Shown here: piece by piece, positions 1-7,689 of the stretch
Layout of the letters: each line of letters starts with the position of its first letter
Numbering within the stretch: position 1 is the first letter of the stretch
Assembly: GCA_007125835.1 (NCBI GenBank)
Contig: SLCJ01000140.1
Span: 1 to 29,374, forward strand
DNA length: 29,374 bases
Origin: Verrucomicrobiales bacterium
GTDB taxonomy: Bacteria; Verrucomicrobiota; Verrucomicrobiia; Verrucomicrobiales; SLCJ01
Direction of reading: 5' to 3'
Made by a program: the position numbers and the translations under genes
Notes under the pieces: generated by a model
The model's input: the letters and a program-made list of their open reading frames with translations, nothing else
What the model was told of the DNA's origin: nothing
Database searches by the model: none

Positions 1-287
1 AGGCGGAAAAACATGCGCGGCGTGTCCGTAGCGACACCTCGCTGGTGCGCCTCTTCGCCGAAGTGAATGAAGGGAGCATAAACCCACGTCTTCAAATCCA
101 AGGCAAACTGTAGGAAATAGGTCCGCCCCTCCGCTCCCGGCCAATCCAACAAAAACGTATTTTCCGCCGCAGGCGAGATCCGCAAGGGCTGCGGCTCGCT
201 ACCTACCGCGACAAGCGGCCCGGCGGAAATCCAGAAGCCCAGCCCGGCAATAGCAGCCCACGCGCCCGCCCATCGGTTCGTTCTCAT
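1..287 (-). CDS. Secreted protein, N-terminal 95 aa only (runs off the window); not in the ORF track
   Basis: ATG at 287-285 overlaps the TGA of the upstream ORF (ATGA). Manual translation is open to the edge: MRTNRWAGAWAAIAGLGFWISAGPLVAVGSEPQPLRISPAAENTFLLDWPGAEGRTYFLQFALDLKTWVYAPFIHFGEEAHQRGVATDTPRMFFR. Signal-peptide-like start; W-x-G-x-x-GRTYFLQ-x3-DL-x2-W...FFR motif. Confidence 0.75.
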   Translation of the reverse strand, partial: MRTNRWAGAWAAIAGLGFWISAGPLVAVGSEPQPLRISPAAENTFLLDWPGAEGRTYFLQFALDLKTWVYAPFIHFGEEAHQRGVATDTPRMFFR

Positions 288-1195
288 AGGCCACCCTCCT
301 TTCCGGGGGGCGTGCCATCCGGCCGCCAGAAGAACACATTCACATCTTGTGGGCGCGGCGGGTTGGCCAGGGCCTCCGCCCGCCGTGCCTGCCATTGCTC
401 CTGCCGCCCCGCATGCGCAGATGCCAGGGCCTGCCCATGATCGCGATACAGAGCATGCATGTCCCGCACCAACCCCCATGCGGCGGCACCGGAAAACCCA
501 TCCTCCCGCGCCCCGGCAAACTGCGGCTCAAGCATCGAAAACAGCGGCACCTCGGCCCAATCCAGCCCCAGCCAAGAAAGAATCTGATCGCGCTCTCCGG
601 CATCAGACACCTCATCCACTGCCAATAACAATCCATACATACGCAAATCGCCGCCGACCTCCTGCGCCTGAAACGAGCCCACGCCACCAAAATGACGAAA
701 ATCCACATTCGACCAGAAAAGCAAATCCTCTTCCTCCGGGCCATCCAAGCGGCACCTCACAAGTGAAACCGGCCCTTCAAACACCCAGGCCGACACAAAA
801 GCCATCCGTGGAAAAATTCCCTCTGCAGCAGGCGCTGGGACTTCTTTCCACGACACGCCCGAGCTGTCGCCATTACTCCCCTGCGCCAATACCGGCAAAC
901 CCGGATCGGCCACAGAATGCACGCGAAGGCGAATCCTTCCCTCCACAGGAGGCAACCCGGGAAACGACGAATGCTCAACCACATCCATCTCGAAATCATG
1001 CATCCCCAGAACCTCAAACTCAGGAAGCTCGGGCGACTCGCGCGGTGCCGTGCCAACCGTCCCATCGGGCACCGGATGGCAAGGCATGGCCACTGTGGCG
1101 ACTGGCGCTCCCTCCGGCCCCGACGCCATTACCCAGGGCAGACAAAATCCAATCAACGCCCCCGGCAAAACAACTTGAGCAAAAACACAACGCAT
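284..1195 (-). CDS. Hypothetical exported protein (303 aa), family recalled from verrucomicrobial genomes
   Basis: Hydrophobic N-terminus; motifs WSNVDFRHFGG, MHALYRDHG and LANPPRPQDVNVFFW; coupled to the downstream CDS. Confidence 0.8.
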   Translation of the reverse strand: MRCVFAQVVLPGALIGFCLPWVMASGPEGAPVATVAMPCHPVPDGTVGTAPRESPELPEFEVLGMHDFEMDVVEHSSFPGLPPVEGRIRLRVHSVADPGLPVLAQGSNGDSSGVSWKEVPAPAAEGIFPRMAFVSAWVFEGPVSLVRCRLDGPEEEDLLFWSNVDFRHFGGVGSFQAQEVGGDLRMYGLLLAVDEVSDAGERDQILSWLGLDWAEVPLFSMLEPQFAGAREDGFSGAAAWGLVRDMHALYRDHGQALASAHAGRQEQWQARRAEALANPPRPQDVNVFFWRPDGTPPGKEGGL

Positions 1196-1318
1196 GAATC
1201 TTTGGGACAGTTAGGCAGGCTCCCACACCTCATAAACACGTGCAAGCACAAAAATCGAATATGATAGAAAAAGCTGGGGTTTTCCGGATTTGGCCTGACA
1301 GCCATGGACGGTCGATGT

Positions 1319-1516
1319 TCAGGTTCCAGAAGCACCGCCAAGGGGAACGGCGACGTCAAGCCCGGGGAGGCGCGCGGGCCGCAGCTCCCCATCTTCATTC
1401 ACTTGGATTGTTGCTACACGAATCGGCTCGCCCTGCCACTTGTCGCCCAGTTCAATCTTCGCCTGCCAGCGCTTTTCCGGGTGACGTGGCGGAGCCGAAG
1501 AGCGGTGGTCGGGTAT
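1319..1516 (-). pseudogene. Possible start-less gene remnant (65 codons)
   Basis: Open frame between TGA at 1519-1517 and TGA at 1321-1319 with GC3-rich codons: ...HPEKRWQAKIELGDKWQGEPIRVATIQVNEDGELRPARLPGLDVAVPLGGASGT*. No ATG. Confidence 0.3.
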
Positions 1517-1637
1517 TCAGCTCGACACAAGCCACCCCGAAAGCGGTCGAAAAAAACGGCATTGAGGACGCCGCCGCGAATGGCTTGGGCGTTTTGCCCG
1601 CGGAAAGGCCCACAGATATGGGCCGGGTGGGCTCTCG

Positions 1638-1680
1638 GTAGCGGCGGTTTGGGGGGCGGTTACAAACCGCCCCCCTGGTT
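1638..1680. repeat. REP-like palindrome preceded by GTAG
   Basis: GTAGCGGCG at 1638-1646, then perfect 11-bp stem GGGGGGCGGTT-ACA-AACCGCCCCCC (1651-1675). A near-identical inverted copy lies at 25353-25385. Confidence 0.7.
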
Positions 1681-1700
1681 GCCGTGCGGTGGGATTGTGA

Positions 1701-2327
1701 TCACTCGGTGGCTGCCGGGCCCCGGCGCTCGCGGGCGGGGCGACGTGGCGGATCCTGCGGCTGAGGCATGTATTCCGCGATTCCTCGGCGGTATTCGCGC
1801 ACGGTGATTTGGCCGTCGTTGTTGGCATCCATGGCGGCGAGAAGGATGCGCGGGGCGGCGGCAAGTTCCTCGGCGCTGATCACTCCATCGTTGTTCCGAT
1901 CGAGCAGGGCAAAGAGGGGCGGCACCCTTTCCGGGGCTGGCCTTTGCGGGCGCTCGGGTCTCTCCGGCCGTTCGTCCCTCTGCCGAAGTCCGGGGCGCTC
2001 GGGTCGGTCCGGTCGCTCAGGACGAGCTTCTCCATCGGGATTGAAGCGGCGGCGCCCTTCGATCCATTCCTCGCGTGTGATGGTGCCGTCGTTGTTGATG
2101 TCGAAGCGCCTGAGGATGCGCGGGGCGGCGGCGAGTTCCTCGGCGGAGATCAGCCCGTCGCGGTCCTGATCAAAGAGCAAGTAGCCGGGGGCCAGAGCGC
2201 GGACGCGATCGGGGTTGAGAATCCGGGCCTCGCGGCCTGGACCTTCGCCTGCGGGCTGGGCCGCAGTGAATCCAGCGGAGAGCAGCACGCAAAGGGCTGC
2301 GGTGGATAGGGCTGTGCGTGTTTTCAT
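1701..2327 (-). CDS. Exported EF-hand calcium-binding protein (4 EF-hands, 208 aa)
   Basis: Signal peptide MKTRTALSTAALCVLLSAGFTAAQ. Loops DQDRDGLISAEE, DINNDGTITREE, DRNNDGVISAEE, DANNDGQITVRE; RPE-repeat linker. Internal duplication visible in DNA (1843-1875 vs 2113-2145, 32/33 identical). Start moved from 2420 to ATG 2327. Confidence 0.9.
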   Translation of the reverse strand: MKTRTALSTAALCVLLSAGFTAAQPAGEGPGREARILNPDRVRALAPGYLLFDQDRDGLISAEELAAAPRILRRFDINNDGTITREEWIEGRRRFNPDGEARPERPDRPERPGLRQRDERPERPERPQRPAPERVPPLFALLDRNNDGVISAEELAAAPRILLAAMDANNDGQITVREYRRGIAEYMPQPQDPPRRPARERRGPAATE

Positions 2328-2420
2328 AATGGTATGGATTTGGTGTTTTCTGTCGAACGGAAGGTGATTGTGGAAACCATCCCGTTGCAATGGATGGAAC
2401 CACAGGGATGTAAGGATCAT

Positions 2421-2458
2421 GTGAAAATCGCCGTGAAAATTGTAAAGCTTGTGTAAAA
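2421..2458 (+). promoter_or_regulatory. Putative OmpR/CpxR-type tandem direct-repeat binding site
   Basis: GTGAAAAT twice (2421, 2433), then GTAAA-N6-GTAAA (2442-2457), in the divergent intergenic region. Confidence 0.4.
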
Positions 2459-2525
2459 CCGTGGCGTCCCGTCAAATGCGAGCTTGCCAGGCCACTTCAT
2501 TTGGAGGCATAATCAGGCATCCTCG

Positions 2526-3314
2526 ATGGCCTCCGTCTTCCCATCCGCGCTCCCTTCTTCGGCACCGTTCCGCGTTTTGGCGGTAGATGACGACTGCAAG
2601 TTCTGCGCCCTACTTGCGGATTATTTGAGGCCGTTCGGTTTTGAGGTGGAGGCGGCTCACAGCGGGCCGGATGGCTTGGCAAAAGTGGAGGCGGGCGGCT
2701 ACGATGCGGTGATTCTAGATGTGATGCTGCCGGGTTTGGATGGCCACGAGGTTCTGCGGCGGATCCGGGCGGTCTCGGCCGTGCCGGTGTTGATGCTGAC
2801 CGCCCTGGGGGAAGAGGCGGACCGCATTGTCGGCCTGGAGTCGGGTGCGGACGATTACCTGCCCAAGACATTTTCCACGCGTGAATTGCTGGCGCGCTTG
2901 CGGGCCGTAGTACGGCGCTCGCGTTTGGGTGGCCTGAGCCGGAGTGACAAGCCCGATCAAGAACCTGATGGCGACGAGGAACTGCGCTCGGCAGGGCTGC
3001 GGATAAATTTTTCGCGGCACGAGGTGGAAATGGACGGCCAGCCGGTGGAACTCACGCCTGTGGAATATTCGCTTCTGGCGGCGCTGCTGCGTGCACGAGG
3101 GCGGGTCTGCTCGCGCGAACTGCTCCTGGAAAAGGTGCGCCAACGCGACTATGACATCTATGATCGCAGCATCGATGTGCATGTCTCGTCGCTGCGCAGG
3201 AAACTCGGCGACGACGCCCGGGAAGGGCGATTGATTCGCACCGTGCGAGCCGCAGGTTACCAGTGGGCGGGTCCCCCGCCCCGCCCCGCCGAAGGGAAAG
3301 GAGCGGCGACGTGA
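2526..3314 (+). CDS. OmpR/PhoB-family response regulator (CpxR-like)
   Basis: Receiver motifs VDDD, ILDVMLP (phospho-Asp), GADDYLPKTF; winged helix DRSIDVHVSSLRRKLG...IRTVRAAGY. Likely start ATG 2526. Confidence 0.95.
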   Translation: MASVFPSALPSSAPFRVLAVDDDCKFCALLADYLRPFGFEVEAAHSGPDGLAKVEAGGYDAVILDVMLPGLDGHEVLRRIRAVSAVPVLMLTALGEEADRIVGLESGADDYLPKTFSTRELLARLRAVVRRSRLGGLSRSDKPDQEPDGDEELRSAGLRINFSRHEVEMDGQPVELTPVEYSLLAALLRARGRVCSRELLLEKVRQRDYDIYDRSIDVHVSSLRRKLGDDAREGRLIRTVRAAGYQWAGPPPRPAEGKGAAT

Positions 3315-4831
3315 AGCGGTTCCGGCCGGGGCTGCGGGCGAAGATTCTCGCCGGGCTGCTCGTCAATGTTTTGGCCTTGGGGGGATTGTTGGCTTGGTTG
3401 TTGGGTGTCGGCGTGGGCGGCGGCGACGCGCTCATCGCCGGGCGGGCGGCCAACCAGGTCACCTCGGTGGCGCGCACGCTGGCCGCCGAACTGTCGCGGA
3501 CGCCGCGCGAGGACTGGAACAATGTGCTAATTTCCTACGGGGAATCCCATGGCGCAGACTTCTCCGTAGTCAGGCATGACGGGAGCACAGTTGTCGGAGC
3601 CCGGGTGGAGGTGCCGCTGGAAGTGCTGCGGCGGATCCCCCCACCGCGGGCCGTGCCGAGCCGGGGGGGCGGGATCCGGAGGCCAGGCCTTGGGCGGGAA
3701 ACGGAAACACGTCCGGCATCCCCTGGCGCCTTGGTCGAAAGCCAGGCCGAGTTTCTGTTTTTCCTCAGGGCGGGCACGCCGCCGCGCCATTTCGCAGCGG
3801 CCCGGATCCCCCTTCGTCCGCCAAGACGCCCCCTGTCGCCGGGTGCCGTGGATTTCACGCTTCTGATTTCCACCGACTCACTCGCCGGGAGCCCGCTTTT
3901 TTTCGACCCGCGTCCGTGGTTGCTGGCGCTCACAGCAGCTGGGGGCCTGACCTTGCTGATCTGGCTGCCCATTTTGGGAGGCATCGTGCGCCGCCTGGGC
4001 AAGCTTGAGTCTGCCACAGCAAAAATTGCCCGCGGACATTTTGATTTGGATTTGGGTCGGAAGGATGGGGATGAAATCGGCCGCCTGGGCCACTCGATCC
4101 GGGTGATGGCTGCGGAACTGGATCACTTGGTCACCGGGCAGCGGCGGTTTCTTGCGGATGCCGCCCATGAACTCTGCGCGCCGCTGGCCCGTTTGCGCCT
4201 GTCGATCGATCTGCTCGAAAGAGAGGTTACCGCAGACCCGCAGGCCACTCAGCGGCTGCGCCAAGTCGATGCCGAGGCTTCGGAACTCGGTCTGCTGGTC
4301 GAAGGGATTCTGGATTTTTCCCGGGGCCAGTGGAGCGGCAAGCCACCGCATCGCGAACACTTTCCGCTCGAAAAGTTCCTTCAGGAAGTGGTCGAGCGTG
4401 AGATTCCGGGCGTTGAAACTGCGGTGCATGTGGAATCCGCACTCGCTGAAGTGCAGAGCGATCCCACACTTCTGCGGCGAATGCTGGCAAACCTCCTACG
4501 AAATGCAGCGCGCCATGGCAAGGCTCCCGTGTCGGTCGAAGCGGCTGCGGAGGATGATGGGTGGCGGCTTCGGGTGCGGGATGCGGGCGAAGGGGTCCCG
4601 CATGAGTGGCTGCGTGGGATGTTCGAGCCCTTTTCCCGACCCGACCCGTCCAGGGCACGCGAGAGTGGGGGGCACGGACTGGGTCTTGCCATCGCCCGCA
4701 CCTGCGTCGTGGCTCTCGGCGGAATAATACGCGCAAAAAATTTGCCGGAGGGCGGCTTCGAAGTAGAGGCACACTTTCCTTGCCACAGTGAGCAGCACGA
4801 CGATCACGATAAATCGACACCTGCAAACTGA
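3311..4831 (+). CDS. HAMP-domain sensor histidine kinase (CpxA-like)
   Basis: GTGA overlap with the regulator stop; two TM segments; HAMP DEIGRLG; H-box AHELCAPLARL; N-box NLLRNA; G-boxes DAGEG and GHGLGLAI. Confidence 0.95.
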   Translation: MKRFRPGLRAKILAGLLVNVLALGGLLAWLLGVGVGGGDALIAGRAANQVTSVARTLAAELSRTPREDWNNVLISYGESHGADFSVVRHDGSTVVGARVEVPLEVLRRIPPPRAVPSRGGGIRRPGLGRETETRPASPGALVESQAEFLFFLRAGTPPRHFAAARIPLRPPRRPLSPGAVDFTLLISTDSLAGSPLFFDPRPWLLALTAAGGLTLLIWLPILGGIVRRLGKLESATAKIARGHFDLDLGRKDGDEIGRLGHSIRVMAAELDHLVTGQRRFLADAAHELCAPLARLRLSIDLLEREVTADPQATQRLRQVDAEASELGLLVEGILDFSRGQWSGKPPHREHFPLEKFLQEVVEREIPGVETAVHVESALAEVQSDPTLLRRMLANLLRNAARHGKAPVSVEAAAEDDGWRLRVRDAGEGVPHEWLRGMFEPFSRPDPSRARESGGHGLGLAIARTCVVALGGIIRAKNLPEGGFEVEAHFPCHSEQHDDHDKSTPAN

Positions 4832-4862
4832 TTTTCGTTCTTGCCAAAATACCGATTTGGCG

Positions 4863-4877
4863 GTAAAACTGTGGAAA
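4863..4877 (+). promoter_or_regulatory. Second putative CpxR-type box upstream of the beta-barrel gene
   Basis: GTAAA-ACTGT-GGAAA, similar to GTAAAGCTTGTGTAAA at 2442-2457. Confidence 0.3.
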
Positions 4878-4891
4878 TTACCCTAATTCTG

Positions 4892-5620
4892 ATGATCAAG
4901 AAAACCAAAGCCATCCTCTTCGCGTCCACTGTTTCCCTGGCCACACCTGCTTTTGCCGGAGAATCCACCTTCATCGCCACGGCAGATCGACCCGCAGGCA
5001 ACTTGCTGGGAGGTGCCCACCTCACAGTCGAGGGCGGCGTGTGGTCTGACTTCATTTTCCGTGGACGCGAATTGGGCGACACGTCCGGAGATGCCCGCGC
5101 GGAATTGATTTTTCCCCTTGGAGACAACGCCAGCCTGAGCCTGGGTGGCCGATACGTGGGAGGCGACGACTACGAGCAATCCGAGGGATTCGCCGCCGTG
5201 CAGCAGGGTTTTGGCGCGGTGACACTTGCCGCCGGCTATCGGTTTCTGGGGTTGGACGCAGGAGACCGCCATGAGCTTGGCCTGATGTTGGGCACGCAAA
5301 TCGCGGGATTGGATTGGATGCTTTCCCTCTTCCACGACACCGAATTCAGCGGCGAATACATCGAACTTGCCGCACGCAAAAGCTGGTCGCTGAGCGAGCC
5401 GGTCTCGCTCGGGCTGGGCGGCGGAATCTCCGCCGTTTCCGACTACTGGGTGCCGGGCAGCGGATTCAACCACGCCTTCCTGCGCCTCGATTTGCCGGTT
5501 TCCGTGCGCGATGGAGTGACATTGACCCCATGGATTGCCGGCAACTTCCCGGTGGATAAGCTCGACGACATTCAGAGCGACGAGGTCTACGGCGGTGTCA
5601 GCCTGCGCCTCGATTTTTAA
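4892..5620 (+). CDS. Outer-membrane beta-barrel, putative porin (TorF/Gcw_chp-like)
   Basis: Signal peptide ending PAFA; SDFIFRG motif; alternating amphipathic strands; C-terminal VSLRLDF ending in Phe. Start reset to ATG 4892. Confidence 0.82.
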   Translation: MIKKTKAILFASTVSLATPAFAGESTFIATADRPAGNLLGGAHLTVEGGVWSDFIFRGRELGDTSGDARAELIFPLGDNASLSLGGRYVGGDDYEQSEGFAAVQQGFGAVTLAAGYRFLGLDAGDRHELGLMLGTQIAGLDWMLSLFHDTEFSGEYIELAARKSWSLSEPVSLGLGGGISAVSDYWVPGSGFNHAFLRLDLPVSVRDGVTLTPWIAGNFPVDKLDDIQSDEVYGGVSLRLDF

Positions 5621-5690
5621 GGTGAAAAAGCCGGAGGCACGGCAGTCCGGAGCAGTCGCAAATTTGCCCGGCCGAATGTCGTTTTTTTCA

Positions 5691-5718
5691 TTGAGTTTCA
5701 CTCAGGCGGGTGTATCCT
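5691..5718 (+). promoter_or_regulatory. Putative sigma-70 promoter of tRNA-His
   Basis: TTGAGT-N16-TATCCT about 40 nt upstream of the tRNA. Confidence 0.4.
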
Positions 5719-5757
5719 ATCCGCCCTCTCACACGGGTTCGTCGCCCGTGGCAAAAT

Positions 5758-5834
5758 GGTGGTCGTAGCTCAGTTGGTAGAGCTCCAGATTGTGGTTCTG
5801 GCTGTCGCGGGTTCGAGTCCCGTCGATCACCCCA
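5758..5834 (+). tRNA. tRNA-His(GTG) with encoded G-1 and CCA
   Basis: Acceptor stem GTGGTCG/CGATCAC, D-arm GCTC/GAGC, anticodon stem CCAGA/TCTGG with GTG at 5792-5794, GTTCGAGTCC T-arm, C discriminator then CCA. Confidence 0.98.
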
Positions 5835-6360
5835 TTTGATTTTCTCTGCATTGGCACAAAGCCAACAGCCCGTCCGACCGACACGACGACGTCGGCCTGT
5901 ACATTGACACGCCAAGTTTTTGCTGCCTACGTATCAATTTGTCGGTAGTAAACTATGTCGGCAATCTTTGCTCTAATCTTTGCCTTCCAATATTTAATTG
6001 AAATTATCCCAAGGAATTCCGTCTCAAAATCCTCACTAAATCGCCCACTCGGGCCCGGCAGGGAAATTTCGCCGAACCATGGACAACCACAAGCCTCTGA
6101 GTTGAAACAGCTGTGCGCCTCAACAATTCCCGATCATCCTGGCACCTCAAAACCTAGGTTTTCAGCCGCATCCATGACACCGATGCCGTTTCAGTGCCCC
6201 CAAACACCCAAAAACGCCGCCTTCCGGGCACTTGGAATGGTCAGGAACCCCGTCCCTTCGCTGATGTTCTCCGAAACGGAAGCAACTCCCAGACCATTCA
6301 CCCGGTGACACTACACCTCAGCACCCCTCCGCTTCCCCGATCCCCAAAACCATTGCTGAC

Positions 6361-6378
6361 CCGCAGCGCGCGCTGCGG
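6361..6378. repeat. Perfect 18-bp palindrome near the RHS-fragment breakpoint
   Basis: CCGCAGCGCGCGCTGCGG equals its own reverse complement; about 20 nt beyond the last RHS-like codon. Confidence 0.6.
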
Positions 6379-6398
6379 CCGCCAGGCTCTCCGCGCTG

Positions 6399-7203
6399 CC
6401 AGCCGTCGTAGAGGTAGAGGGTGGTGGTTTCTTCCACCGCGTCAATGCGCAGGATGCGGCGCGAGCGGGCGTCATAGGCGTAGCTGACCAGCGGGTCGGT
6501 GGCGCTGATTTTTCCTTCGTTGTCGCGTGCGGTCACTTTATTGACGGCGATGAGGCAGCGCCTGTCCGCTCGTAGCGGACTTTCCCAATAACGGATTCTT
6601 GGCGCAGAATCCGCATCTGGCACAGTCTGAACGGAGTGTAGACAATTTTCGCCGTCCCAGACGTATTCGCGGTCTTCGCTGTGTTTGTTGGACTTGGCGT
6701 CCTCGGTGAGGTTGCCATCGTGGTCGTGGACGCGGGGCCAGCGGGTCGCCGCCTCCCACGGTGATCGATGCATATTGGTTGAGTGCGGTGGGGTCGTAGA
6801 CGGTGGTCACGGACGTGGTATCGCCGACGATGCTTTGGAGGCGGTTGCCGATGGCGTCGAAGAGGTAGCTGCGGTCGAGTTCGGAATCGGCGGTGTTGGC
6901 AGCAGCAGTGAGCTGGCCGAGGGCATCGTAGCCCCAGGTCCAGCCGCGGTTGGTGCCTGAGTAGGCACTGCCGGAGGTGACGAGGGTTTCGCGCTGGCCG
7001 ATTTGGTTCACGGTGTAGTGGAAACGAGACACCGCTTCCTGTGCCCCGTCAAGGCGGTTGTCTTTGAGAAGCAGAGCGTTGCGGGTGGTGTCCCAGGTGT
7101 GGGTGGTGACCAGAGGGGCGGTCTGGCCTGCTCCCGCGCGGGTGATGCTGTCCAGGAGGTGTGCAGATTGGTTGGTGTAGGCGTATTCGATGCCGCAAGA
7201 AAT
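6399..7203 (-). pseudogene. RHS/YD-repeat protein internal fragment (no start, frameshift near 6732, no RHS core end)
   Basis: Frame opens after TAA at 7206-7204: ...IEYAYTNQ...HYTVNQIGQRE...WGYDALGQL...YLFDAIGNRL...ALNQY. A +1 shift near 6732 leads to VHDHDGNL...YVWDGEN...YAYDARSRRI...YLYDGW, then similarity stops. Confidence 0.85.
6558..6644. mobile_element. 87-bp in-frame insertion with two hairpins (MITE/PATE- or REP-like)
   Basis: Splits the RHS motif WDGEN|xLIAV by 29 non-RHS codons. Hairpins GTCCGCT-CGT-AGCGGAC (6564-6580) and CGGATTCT-N6-AGAATCCG (6592-6613). Confidence 0.5.
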
Positions 7204-7243
7204 TTACAAAGGAACACGTTTCGCTGTTACCATTACAGATCCT

Positions 7244-7372
7244 TGTAGCGGCGCATCTATGACCGTCGCACTTTTTCTGCTCTCTGGCAATGCGTTCACC
7301 GAGAAACATTGCCAATGCTAGCGAAAACTCTCAGGCCGGAAAATCACCGGCGGTCGTAGACGCGCCGCTACA
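7244..7372. repeat. REP doublet (REPIN-like), GTAG family
   Basis: 25-bp inverted repeats TGTAGCGGCGCATCTATGACCGTCG (7244-7268) and the reverse complement of 7348-7372, TGTAGCGGCGCGTCTACGACCGCCG; 3 mismatches, all transitions. Inner IR TGGCAATG (7285-7292) / CATTGCCA (7307-7314). Confidence 0.8.
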
Positions 7373-7523
7373 ACCGCTCCCGCACCCACCCCCGCCGGTG
7401 CTCGTAGCTGCGATCTGAATACGCATCCTCCCCGCACAAAAACGCCCGCCGCACACAGCGGCTCACGCAGTGGGAAACCTGCGGAACTCCCTCAGTTACA
7501 GTGTTTTGACGTAAATTTGGCAT
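7368..7523 (-). pseudogene. Truncated Y1/HUH (RAYT/IS200-like) transposase, N-terminal 51 aa
   Basis: AAAGGA RBS then ATG 7523: [65 protein letters not shown]...YEHRR.W is the N-terminal signature of a Y1 transposase clade. The stop is the TAG of the REP GTAG. Confidence 0.85.
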
Positions 7524-7639
7524 GTCAGACTTTTCCTTTCTGCCTTGGGTTTCGGCTTGAGCATGTAAACCATCGGAGCCGCGTGGAAAATTTCTAGATA
7601 ATTTTGGCAGGCAATATTTTAAAGAAATTTTTGCCCTAT

Positions 7640-7661
7640 GATTGCATTTTTTGTTGCAATC
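7640..7661. promoter_or_regulatory. Putative operator upstream of the MerR-like gene
   Basis: GATTGCA-N8-TGCAATC perfect IR overlapping TATGAT (7637-7642), 28 nt before ATG 7690. Confidence 0.4.
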
Positions 7662-7689
7662 TTCGTCTTGTTGTTGTAGCCATTGATTC

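Noticed and set aside
1701-2327. Lanmodulin (lanthanide-binding) assignment
   Set aside because: None of the four loops has Pro at position 2; they match conventional Ca2+ EF-hands.
5732-5750. T-arm-like hairpin CACGGG-TTCGTCG-CCCGTG just before tRNA-His
   Set aside because: No D-arm, anticodon arm or acceptor stem; more likely leader structure than a second tRNA.
5955-6308. 117-aa ORF with hydrophobic N-terminus
   Set aside because: No recognisable motif, atypical composition and weak upstream signals; cannot be supported as a gene.
6558-6644. Integron attC site
   Set aside because: Lacks the RYYYAAC...GTTRRRY ends and a single long hairpin; no integrase nearby.
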